Program-made: the position numbers and the translations under genes
NCBI GenBank assembly: GCA_025965475.1
Contig: JAOPWV010000095.1
Coordinates: forward strand, 31,448 to 95,447
Source: Frankiales bacterium
GTDB lineage: Bacteria; Actinomycetota; Actinomycetes; Mycobacteriales; SCTD01
Reading direction: 5' to 3'
DNA: 64,000 bases
The notes under the pieces: generated by a model
Told to the model about the DNA's origin: nothing
Databases searched by the model: none
What the model saw: the letters and a program-made list of their open reading frames with translations, nothing else
Shown: piece by piece, positions 8,382 to 17,218 of the stretch
Layout of the letters: every line of letters starts with the position of its first letter
Numbering within the stretch: the first letter of the stretch is position 1

Positions 8382-9629
8382 GTGACTGCGGCCCAAGGAG
8401 CGTGCACGATCAGCGAGCTGTCCGGGCTCGTCAGCCCGCGCATCGACCGGATCATGGAGCTGGCCCGGCGTCACCTGGAGATGGACGTGGTCTTCGTCTC
8501 GGAGTTCACCGGCGGCCGGCAGGTGCCTCGGGCGATCGACGGCGACGGGGAGTCCTTCGGGTTGGCGGTGGATGAGGGCGTCCCGCTCGAGAACACGTAC
8601 TGCCGGTTGATGCTCGACGAGCTGATCCCGAACGTCATCCCGGACATCGCCGCAGACGCTCGCGTCCGGCCCCTGCGCATCACCGTGGACGGCTCGATCG
8701 GTGCGTACGTCGGCGTGCCGCTGCGGCTGCCCGACGGGACGGTCTACGGGTCGTTCTGTGGCCTGAGCCACGACGAACAGCCAGGGCTGGACCGCCGGGA
8801 TGCGAGCTTCCTGCGCATGCTCGCCGAGCTCGTCGTGGACGACCTCGAGGAACAGCGCCAGCGCGATCAGCGACGTGCCCAGATCGCCGACCTCATCCTC
8901 GGGGAGCGGGTCACCATCGCCCTGCAGCCCGTGGTCGACCTGCACACCGGCCGCTGCATCGGCGTCGAGGCGCTGTCGCGGTTCCCCGCCGGCTCCGGCT
9001 CGCCGGAAGCGGTGTTCGCCGGGGCGCACGACGTCGGCCTCGGCCTTGAGCTGGAGCGGATGACGGCGGCGCGGGCCCTCGCCCTGCGGCCCGCGATCGC
9101 CGCCGACCAGGCGCTCGGGATCAACCTCACGCCGGGCGTTGCGATGACGCTGACCGACGGCGACCTCGATGCCCCGCTGGAGCAGCTCGTGCTGGAGATC
9201 ACCGAACACGAGGCGGTCGACAGCTACGCCGGCCTGCGCGACCGGCTCCAGCCGCTGCGCGAGCGGGGCCTGCGGCTCGCCATCGACGACGCGGGCGCCG
9301 GGTATGCCTCGCTGCAGCACATCATCGAACTGCAGCCCGACCTCATCAAGATCGACCGGTCCATCATCAACGGCCTGGCGGCGGACAAGGCGCGGCGCAG
9401 CGTCGTCAGCGGCTTCGTCCTCCTGGCGCTCGACCTGGGCGGCCGGGTCGTCGCCGAAGGCGTGGAGCGGCGCGACGACCTCCGGGCCGCGGCGGAGCTC
9501 GGGGTGGACCTGGGTCAGGGCTACCTGCTTGCCCGCCCGAGCACGAACTCCGCCGACCACGCGTACTGGGCGTCCGGGCCCGACCTGCTCAGGGCGCTGG
9601 ACCGTGCGGTTCAGCCGGTCCGCCGGTAG
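8382..9629 (+). CDS. GAF + EAL domain c-di-GMP phosphodiesterase
   Basis: GAF region (AYVGVPLRLPDGTVYGSFC) followed by EAL motifs GVEALSR, INL, LEITE, IDDAGAGYASL, IKID, AEGVE and QGY. Confidence 0.88.
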   Translation: MTAAQGACTISELSGLVSPRIDRIMELARRHLEMDVVFVSEFTGGRQVPRAIDGDGESFGLAVDEGVPLENTYCRLMLDELIPNVIPDIAADARVRPLRITVDGSIGAYVGVPLRLPDGTVYGSFCGLSHDEQPGLDRRDASFLRMLAELVVDDLEEQRQRDQRRAQIADLILGERVTIALQPVVDLHTGRCIGVEALSRFPAGSGSPEAVFAGAHDVGLGLELERMTAARALALRPAIAADQALGINLTPGVAMTLTDGDLDAPLEQLVLEITEHEAVDSYAGLRDRLQPLRERGLRLAIDDAGAGYASLQHIIELQPDLIKIDRSIINGLAADKARRSVVSGFVLLALDLGGRVVAEGVERRDDLRAAAELGVDLGQGYLLARPSTNSADHAYWASGPDLLRALDRAVQPVRR

Positions 9630-9799
9630 GCGATGCCGGTGGACTCGTGGTCGCCGCAGCACTCACGGTGCTCCCGGTGCATCAGCATGACCTGCGGCTG
9701 GTAGGCGAGTTCGGCGACCACGCGCTCGCGGTGGCCGCACCCGGCGCAGACCAGCACGTAGCCAGGCTCCGTCCGCTCAAGACGCACGAACGGCGGCAT
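9611..9799 (-). CDS. Small Cys/His-rich hypothetical protein (62 aa)
   Basis: GGAG RBS before the ATG; MPPFVRLER..CAGCGH..HREHRECCGDH. Confidence 0.5.
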   Translation of the reverse strand: MPPFVRLERTEPGYVLVCAGCGHRERVVAELAYQPQVMLMHREHRECCGDHESTGIAYRRTG

Positions 9800-10064
9800 C
9801 CTGGTCTCCCTCCACGCGCATCTCTTCCTTGCATGTTCAACAAGGCTAAGGACGGCATCGGCCCGGGTCTGCGCCAAACGGCTGCCGACCCGGTTGCGCC
9901 GTCCGGCTCACGGACCGGGCTGGCGTACCGATCTGGGCACAGTCGTTCGCGTTGCGCCCACGGGGTCCCCCCTCGTCGAATACAGTCCAAACACGATCGA
10001 GCACAACCGGGCGAACGCGGGAACAGCCACCTCGACATACGCCATGCGGACGGAGGTCGCTGAA

Positions 10065-13000
10065 GTGACGGGGCACAGTCTCGACCCGTTCCACGGGGGC
10101 GGCCAGGTCGGGGACGATCTGGCGGCGGTGGACTGGGCGTCGACCGCGCTCGGACACCCGGACACCTGGCCGCAGAGCCTGATCGCCGTGGTGCGGGTCC
10201 TGCTGTCGTCGCGGTTCGCGATGTGGATGGCCTGGGGACCGGACCTGACCTTCTTCTGCAACGACGCGTACCGCCGCGACACCCTCGGCAAGAAGTACCC
10301 CTGGGCGCTCGGCAAGCCGGCTGCCGAGGTCTGGGCCGAGATCTGGCCGGACGTGGGCCCGCGCATCGAGCACGTGATGAGCACCGGCGAGGCCACCTGG
10401 GACGAGGCGCTCCTGCTGTTCCTGGAGCGCAGCGGCTTCAAGGAGGAGAGCTACCACACGTTCTCCTACAGCCCGCTCGCCGGCGACGACGGTTCCATCG
10501 CCGGAATGCTCTGTGTGGTCAGCGAGGACACCGAGCGGGTGATCGGCGCGCGGCAGATGGCCACCCTGCGCGACCTCGGGTCGGAGGCGACGTCGCTGCG
10601 TTCGGAGGCCGACCTGCTCGCGGCGATGGCGCGCCACCTGGCGGACAACCCATGGTCGCTGCCGTTCACCCTGACCTACCTCCTCGACGGCCCGCGGTCG
10701 GCGCGGCTCGTGTGCAGCACCGGCCTGCCGGAGCACCACCCCGCGGCCCCGGCGCAGCTGGACCTCGGCGCCGGCGACAGCCCCTGGGCGGCGGCGGCCC
10801 TGTCCGAGGCGGGCCCCATCGTCGTCGACGCGACCGATCCTCGGGTGCCGGCACTTCCTGCCGGGCCGTGGGACACGCCACCGTCGCAGGTGCTCGTCGT
10901 TCCCTTCCGGCAGCAGGGCCAGAGCCTTCCGGACGGGTTCCTGGTGGCCGGGCTGAACCCCTTCCGCCCGGTGGACGACGACTACTTCGGCTTCGTGGAA
11001 CTGGTCGCCGGACAGCTCGCGTCCGGCATCGCCAGCGCGCGCGCCTACGAGACGGAACGGCACCGGGCCCAGGAGCTCGCCGAGCTCGACCGCGCCAAGA
11101 CCGCCTTCTTCACCAACGTGAGCCACGAGTTCCGTACGCCGCTCACCCTGCTCCTCGGCCCGGCCGAGGACGCCCTCCAGGACAAGGCCCACCCGCTGCC
11201 GGCGCCGCAGCGGACCAGGGTCGAACTCATCGAGCGCAACGCGCAGCGGCTGCTGAAGCTCGTGAACACCCTGCTCGACTTCTCCCGGCTGGAAGCCGGC
11301 GACCTGCCGGCCCAGTTCGAGCCGGTCGACCTGGCGCGCTACACCGCGGAACTCGCCGCGGCCTTCGCTCCCGCGACCGACCGCGTCGGGCTGAGCCTGA
11401 CCGTCGAGTGCCCGCCGCTGGCCGAGCCCGTCTGGGTGGACCGCGAGATGTGGGCGAAGGTCGTCCTGAACCTGCTCTCCAACGCCCTCAAGTTCACCTT
11501 CGGCGGCGGCATCACACTCCGCCTGCTCCAGGAGGGTGACGCGGGAGCCGTGCGGCTCGAGGTGACGGACTCCGGCATCGGGATCGCCCCGTCCGAGCAG
11601 GAACGGCTGTTCGAGCGGTTCCGGCGCGTCACAGGATCGCAGTCGCGCTCGTACGAGGGTTCGGGCATCGGCCTGGCCCTCGTCGCCGAGCTCGCCAAGG
11701 TGCATGGCGGCTCCGTGGCGGTCGAGAGCGCCCCCGGGCAGGGCAGCACCTTTGTGGTGCGCCTGCCCCTGGGCAGCGCGCACCTCCCCGCCGACCAGCT
11801 GGTCACGACGCCGGGCGTGTCCTCCGTGGACGCGAAGGCCCGGGCGACCGGCTTCCTCGCGGAGGCGATGCGTTGGACGGGTCTGGACGGCGCCGCCACT
11901 CCCGCCGCCTCGGGGAGCGGCGAACACGAGCGGCCTCGCGTCCTCGTCGTCGACGACAGCGCGGACATGCGCGACTACGTGAGCCGTCTGCTGGCCGTCG
12001 AGTACGACGTCGAGGCGGCGGAGGACGGTGCCAAGGGCCTGGCCGCCGCACTCGCCCAGCCACCGGACCTGGTCCTCACAGACCTGATGATGCCGAACCT
12101 GGACGGCTTCCAGTTGCTCGGGGCCTTGCGCGCCGAGCCCGCCACGGCGCACATCCCGGTGGTCATGCTGTCCGCGCGGGCCGGCGAGGAGGCGACGATC
12201 GAGGCCCTCGAGGCCGGCGCGGACGACTACCTGATCAAGCCGTTCGGGGCCCGCGAGCTGCTGGCCCGGGTTCGGGCCAACCTGGAGCTCGACCGGGTGC
12301 GGCAGACCCGCGCCCAGCTCGAGCACAGTCAGCGCCTGCTCGACCAGGCCCAGCGGCTGGCCCGCGTGGGTAGCTGGGAGCTCGACCTCGCCACAGGTGC
12401 GCTCATCGGCTCACCGGAGTTCCATCGCCAACTGCAGATGGACGCCGACGAGCTCGCCCATCACGGGCTGGAGACGGCATTCGCGCGGCGCGTCCACCCC
12501 GATGACGTCGACCGGGTCCGCACGACGCTCGCCTCTGCCACAGCGGGCCGACCGTTGGCGTACGAGGTGCGTCTCGTGGGTCCCGACGGCGAGATGCGCA
12601 CCTACCGCAGCCTCGGCGAGCTCGAGCTCGACGAGCAGGGCGCGCCGATGCGAATCCGCGGCAGCAACCAGGACATCACCGAGCAGCGGCAGGCCGAGGA
12701 GGCCCTCGCGGCCGCGGCCGCCGAGCAGCGGGCGGCGGCTCGCGAACACCAGATCGCCGACGAGCTCCAGCGCAGCCTGCTGCCGGAGCGCTCGTTCGAC
12801 CCCGACCACCTCCGGGTGGCGACGTACTACCAGGCCGGCGTCGAGGGGACCCAGGTCGGCGGCGACTGGTACGACGTGATCGACCTCGGCGCCGGACGAA
12901 CCGCCCTCGTGCTTGGCGACGTCATGGGCCGTGGCGTGCGAGCGGCCGCCGTCATGGGTCAGCTTCGTTCGGCGGTCCGGGCCTACGCCAGGTTGGATCT

Positions 13001-13862
13001 GCCGCCCGCCGACGTCCTGGAGTTCCTCGACGCGGTGGTCCGCGACCTCGGCGAGGACCAGATCGTCACGTGCATCTACGCCGTGTACGACCCGGGCGAG
13101 CGCAGCATCAGTTACGCCAACGCCGGCCACCTTCCGCCGCTGCTCCGGCTCCCCGGCGAACCGGCGCGCCGGCTCACCGGCGCGCAGGGCCCGCCGCTGG
13201 GAACCGGAATCCCGCCCCTGGCCGAGGAACAGGTTGCCCTGCCTTCCGGTGCGGTGCTCGTCCTCTACACCGACGGGCTGGTCGAGCATCCCGGCACCGA
13301 CCTCGACGAGGGCATCGACGCGTTGACCGTCGAGGTCGACAAGCTGGCCGAGATCATGGACGAGCACGCTCCGGAGAGGTTCGTCCGGGCCCTGCTGCCC
13401 ACGGGGCCGGACGACGATGTGGCGGTCCTGGTCGCCCAGGTCGACGAGCAGGCCCAGCATGCGCGTACCGCGAGCAAGCAGATCTCCGTCGAGGAGCGGT
13501 CCGTGCAGTCGTCCCGTCGCTTCGCCGGGGAGACCCTGCGGGCGTGGTCGATGCCGGACGCTCTGGTCGACGACGTCGTCCTCCTCACGAGCGAGCTGGT
13601 GACGAACGCTCTGCTCCATGGGCAGGCTCCGGTCGAGATGCGGCTGCGGGAGGGCGTGGACCACGTGGTGCTCGAGGTGGAGGATCACGCGACCTATCTG
13701 CCGCGGCGTATGCGGCCCAGCGGCGACGACGAGCACGGCCGCGGGCTGCAGCTGGTGACGCTGCTCGCCGATCGCTGGGGGACCCGGCCGACGAGCCACG
13801 GCAAGACCGTGTGGTGCCTTTTCACGCTCCCCGAGGAGAGCCGGCGCACGACCGGTCGTTGA
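10065..13862 (+). CDS. Hybrid sensor: PAS-like/GAF - HisKA - HATPase - REC - PAS - SpoIIE(PP2C) - RsbW-like HATPase
   Basis: H-box NVSHEFRTPL, N-box NLLSNALKF, G boxes, REC (VLVVDD..DLMMP..KPF), PP2C (VGGDWYD, GDVMGRG, YTDGLVE, DDVA) and a C-terminal SELVTNA..GRGL..GKTVW. GGAGG RBS before GTG 10065. Confidence 0.9.
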   Translation: MTGHSLDPFHGGGQVGDDLAAVDWASTALGHPDTWPQSLIAVVRVLLSSRFAMWMAWGPDLTFFCNDAYRRDTLGKKYPWALGKPAAEVWAEIWPDVGPRIEHVMSTGEATWDEALLLFLERSGFKEESYHTFSYSPLAGDDGSIAGMLCVVSEDTERVIGARQMATLRDLGSEATSLRSEADLLAAMARHLADNPWSLPFTLTYLLDGPRSARLVCSTGLPEHHPAAPAQLDLGAGDSPWAAAALSEAGPIVVDATDPRVPALPAGPWDTPPSQVLVVPFRQQGQSLPDGFLVAGLNPFRPVDDDYFGFVELVAGQLASGIASARAYETERHRAQELAELDRAKTAFFTNVSHEFRTPLTLLLGPAEDALQDKAHPLPAPQRTRVELIERNAQRLLKLVNTLLDFSRLEAGDLPAQFEPVDLARYTAELAAAFAPATDRVGLSLTVECPPLAEPVWVDREMWAKVVLNLLSNALKFTFGGGITLRLLQEGDAGAVRLEVTDSGIGIAPSEQERLFERFRRVTGSQSRSYEGSGIGLALVAELAKVHGGSVAVESAPGQGSTFVVRLPLGSAHLPADQLVTTPGVSSVDAKARATGFLAEAMRWTGLDGAATPAASGSGEHERPRVLVVDDSADMRDYVSRLLAVEYDVEAAEDGAKGLAAALAQPPDLVLTDLMMPNLDGFQLLGALRAEPATAHIPVVMLSARAGEEATIEALEAGADDYLIKPFGARELLARVRANLELDRVRQTRAQLEHSQRLLDQAQRLARVGSWELDLATGALIGSPEFHRQLQMDADELAHHGLETAFARRVHPDDVDRVRTTLASATAGRPLAYEVRLVGPDGEMRTYRSLGELELDEQGAPMRIRGSNQDITEQRQAEEALAAAAAEQRAAAREHQIADELQRSLLPERSFDPDHLRVATYYQAGVEGTQVGGDWYDVIDLGAGRTALVLGDVMGRGVRAAAVMGQLRSAVRAYARLDLPPADVLEFLDAVVRDLGEDQIVTCIYAVYDPGERSISYANAGHLPPLLRLPGEPARRLTGAQGPPLGTGIPPLAEEQVALPSGAVLVLYTDGLVEHPGTDLDEGIDALTVEVDKLAEIMDEHAPERFVRALLPTGPDDDVAVLVAQVDEQAQHARTASKQISVEERSVQSSRRFAGETLRAWSMPDALVDDVVLLTSELVTNALLHGQAPVEMRLREGVDHVVLEVEDHATYLPRRMRPSGDDEHGRGLQLVTLLADRWGTRPTSHGKTVWCLFTLPEESRRTTGR

Positions 13863-14004
13863 CCGGGTCGTGCGTGCACGGTGCCGGTGGAGGGGTATGA
13901 CGGCCGCGCCGGTCGGGCCGTCACGGCTGCGGCCAGGGGGAGGGAGCGCGCGTGACAGGGGAGTGGGACGGAAACCGCCGACATCGCGGAAACGCGGTCC
14001 CGGT

Positions 14005-15522
14005 TCAGCCCGTGGCGGCTGACGGGACCCAGGTGAAGGTCGCGAGTGCGCCCGCCGGCAGGGTGGTGGCGAAGGACCGGCCACTGCTGGTGACCGCCAG
14101 GGTGCGCGGCGTCCCGCGGTCGTTGTGCACGATCAGTGCGACGGAGCCGTCCGGGTTGCGGAAGGCGACGTTCAGCAGGCCGCCCGGATCGGTGCTGGTG
14201 ACCCGCCGGGCGCCCGGTTGTACGAACCGGCTGGCGTGCCCCAGGGCGTAGTACTCGGCATTGAGGCGCACACGCTGGCCCGGCCCAACCGTCACCATGC
14301 CGCTGCAGGTCGAGCAGCCCCCTGTGTGCGGCCCGCCGGACGGGTCGAGCGCGAGGTTCCAGGTGACGACGGTCCGGGCCCAGTTGCGGGGGGCGCCGAC
14401 CACGAGGTTGCGGGCGTGCCAGGTCAGCGTCGACGAGAAGACCTGGGCCGGGGTGTCGCTCGCCGCGTGCGAGCCGGAGCACTCGGTGAACCAGACCCCC
14501 TTGTCCGGGAAGCGGGCACGCAGCGCTGACTGCGCTGACGGGTCGCCGGAGTAGCAGTGGAACGCGGCGCCGGCGATCCACCGCGCGGCACCACTCGACA
14601 GGACCCGCGCCGCGTAGTCGGTCTCGGCCCCGACGTCGTTCGGGTGCACGCCCCAGTTGTGGTCGAAGGCGACGATCTTCGTGGTCAGCTTGGCGGCCCG
14701 CAGCGCCGGGCCGAGGACGTCGATGAAGGCGATCTGCTGGGCGATGGGCATGTCCATGGCCGGGTAGCCGCCGGGGGCGCCGCTCTGCGGCTCGTTCTGG
14801 ACCGTCACGGCATCGACGGGAACGCCGGCGGCGGCGTACGCCTGCAGGAACCGCAGGAAGTAGGCCGCGTAGGCGCGGTAGACCCGTGGGTCGTCGAGGA
14901 GCCGACCGCTGGTCAGGGACTGGCTGGTCTTCATCCAGGCCGGGGTGCTCCAGGGCGTCGCCATGATCTTCAACCGCGGGTTGAGCGCACGCGCCTGCCG
15001 CAGCAGCGGCAGGATCTGGCGCTGGTCGCGGGCGATCGTGAAGTGCGCCATCGCGAAGTCGGTCTGCCCGGCCGGCAGGTCGTCGTACGAGTAGGCCGGC
15101 CCGACGACGAAGTCGGAGGCGCCCATCGGCTGGCGCAGATAACTGAGGCTGTTGCCGGTCCCTGGCCCGAAGAGCGTCGCCATCAGGGCGTTCCGCCGCG
15201 TCCGGTCCAGCCCGGAGATCACCGCAGCCGCGGACCCGGTGAGCGACGCCCCGAAGCCGTCCATCGTCTGGTAGGTCCGCGTCGTGTCCACCATGATGGT
15301 CTCCTGCGCCGGGACCGGGCCGGTCCGGAACGGGATCCGGCCGAGGTCGCTGAGGGCGAACCGGCGGTCGGGGGTCGTCACCCAGGCGTGCGCGGCGGGA
15401 GCCGGTGCCGTGACCGGCGGCTTGTGGACGACGGGCTTGGTGTTCGCTGTGCTGGGCCCGGCGCCGAGCGTGGAGGCGAGGGCCGCCAGGGAGCAGCTCA
15501 GGGCGAGAAGACGGCGGGGCAC
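14005..15522 (-). CDS. Secreted GH30 glycoside hydrolase (beta-1,6-glucanase/glucosylceramidase-like)
   Basis: YQTMDGFGASLT, RQPMGASDF, PWSTPAWMKT, acid/base QNEP, nucleophile TEC and WNLALD; N-terminal signal peptide. The start codon is uncertain. Confidence 0.88.
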   Translation of the reverse strand: MPRRLLALSCSLAALASTLGAGPSTANTKPVVHKPPVTAPAPAAHAWVTTPDRRFALSDLGRIPFRTGPVPAQETIMVDTTRTYQTMDGFGASLTGSAAAVISGLDRTRRNALMATLFGPGTGNSLSYLRQPMGASDFVVGPAYSYDDLPAGQTDFAMAHFTIARDQRQILPLLRQARALNPRLKIMATPWSTPAWMKTSQSLTSGRLLDDPRVYRAYAAYFLRFLQAYAAAGVPVDAVTVQNEPQSGAPGGYPAMDMPIAQQIAFIDVLGPALRAAKLTTKIVAFDHNWGVHPNDVGAETDYAARVLSSGAARWIAGAAFHCYSGDPSAQSALRARFPDKGVWFTECSGSHAASDTPAQVFSSTLTWHARNLVVGAPRNWARTVVTWNLALDPSGGPHTGGCSTCSGMVTVGPGQRVRLNAEYYALGHASRFVQPGARRVTSTDPGGLLNVAFRNPDGSVALIVHNDRGTPRTLAVTSSGRSFATTLPAGALATFTWVPSAATG

Positions 15523-15649
15523 GCGGACGGCTCCAGGAAGCGGAGGGACAAGCAAGTGGTCACCGGCTCGTTCTCCTTCCCGGTCGGCTCCGTCAACGCC
15601 CAGTTGAGGGGCGGCACGGGGTCGTCACCTCAGGGTGACGTGAGCCTGC

Positions 15650-17158
15650 TCACCAGGTGAAGGTCGCGACGGCGCCGGACGGCAGCTGGTAGCCGAACCC
15701 GCTGCCGCTGCCTGAGACGTCGATGGCCTTGGCGTCCGGGCTGGAGTTCATGGCCAGCAGGACGTGACCGCCGTCCGGGTTGAGGAACGCCACGGTCTCG
15801 ACGCTGTCCGCGCCGTACGTCGTGGATCCGACGACCGTGGCCCCTGGCCTGACGAACCTGCTGACGTGCCCGATCGCGTAGTACTCCTCGTTGTAGGCGA
15901 TCGAGCCCTTGGACGGGTCGATCGTGACCATGCCGCGGCAGTTGCTGCAGCCGCCGTTGCGCGGCCCGCCGGACGGGTCCAGAGCCAGGTTCCACTTGAC
16001 GATCCAGGAGGCGCCGTCGCGCAACCCCTGGATCAGCAGGTTGTGCACGTCCCATCGCAGGGCACGCGCGAAGTCGGAGTCCCACTGGCCGCCGGTGCAT
16101 TCGCTGATCGCCAGCCGCAGGTCGGGGAAACGTTCGCGGAGGGTCAGCAGACTGCTCACGTCCCCGCGATAGCAATGGAAGGCCACGCCGGCCACGTGCG
16201 CACGGGTGCGCGGATCTGCCAGCAGGGCAAGGGCATCGGCTGCCCGGTCGAAGTCGTCGTCCAGGGCGTACACGTCGGGGTGCAGCCCGGCGGTGGCCAG
16301 GGCGGGGGTGAGGTAGTCGTCCAGGAGTGCGCGCTGTTGCCGGACGTCGAGGGTCATCCCGGCGTAGCGGCCCGGCGCGAAGGACGGTTCGTTCTGCAGG
16401 GTCAGGCCGTTCACCGGGACTCCCGCCGCGGCGTACTCCTGCAGGGCGTGGACGAGATAGTCGGCGTACGGGCCGTACGCCGCCCGGTGCAGCGTGCCGC
16501 CCCCCAGCGCCCCGCCGGTCTTCATCCAGGCGGGGGCCGACCACGGCGAGGCGACGACGTACAGCGACCCGTTGAGGCTCCGGGCCTGTCGCAGCAGCGG
16601 GAGGACCAGGGAGGCTTCCCGGCCCAGTGAGAACCCGCGCAGCGTCGGGTCGATCCGGCCTGGCGGCAGGTCGTCGTACGAGCGGTTGTCGGCCGAGAAG
16701 TCGTTTGGCCCCAACGGTTGTCTCAGCACGGACAGGCCGATGCCGGCGGCCTGACCGAACAGCTGCGTCATCAGCTGATCACGGGCCGGGGCCGACAGGC
16801 TGCCGAGCAGGCGTGCTGAGGCGCCTGTCACTGACGCTCCGAAGCCGATCAGTTGCTGATAGTGTCGGGACTCGTCAACGAACACCCGCAGGCCACCGGC
16901 CTGCACGCCGGCGGGGCCCACCGAGGGTTCTGAGGAGAGCAGCGCTCTCTGGTCGGCGGTAGTCAGCCACACATGGACCCGGTTCGCAGGGGTCGTGGCG
17001 GTGGGGGACGCAGGTGTCTCCGGCGCGTGACCTCCACCGGTGCAGGCCGCCAGCGATATCACGACCAGCGACACCAGCACAGCAGCCGGCAGCAGCCGGC
17101 GGCGTCCGTCGCGCGGTGCAGGCTGCCGCGTCCGAGAGCCACGAAAGCCCGGGCTCAT
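15650..17158 (-). CDS. GH30 glycoside hydrolase, lipoprotein
   Basis: Lipobox SLAAC; GFGASVT, PWSAPAWMKT, QNEP, SEC and WNLALD. The start is at 17158 or 17173. Confidence 0.88.
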   Translation of the reverse strand: MSPGFRGSRTRQPAPRDGRRRLLPAAVLVSLVVISLAACTGGGHAPETPASPTATTPANRVHVWLTTADQRALLSSEPSVGPAGVQAGGLRVFVDESRHYQQLIGFGASVTGASARLLGSLSAPARDQLMTQLFGQAAGIGLSVLRQPLGPNDFSADNRSYDDLPPGRIDPTLRGFSLGREASLVLPLLRQARSLNGSLYVVASPWSAPAWMKTGGALGGGTLHRAAYGPYADYLVHALQEYAAAGVPVNGLTLQNEPSFAPGRYAGMTLDVRQQRALLDDYLTPALATAGLHPDVYALDDDFDRAADALALLADPRTRAHVAGVAFHCYRGDVSSLLTLRERFPDLRLAISECTGGQWDSDFARALRWDVHNLLIQGLRDGASWIVKWNLALDPSGGPRNGGCSNCRGMVTIDPSKGSIAYNEEYYAIGHVSRFVRPGATVVGSTTYGADSVETVAFLNPDGGHVLLAMNSSPDAKAIDVSGSGSGFGYQLPSGAVATFTW

Positions 17159-17218
17159 GCCCCTGGGCTGCATCGGGACAGCGTGTCATGCGTGCCGTGC
17201 CGCGAGGCGTCGCACGGC

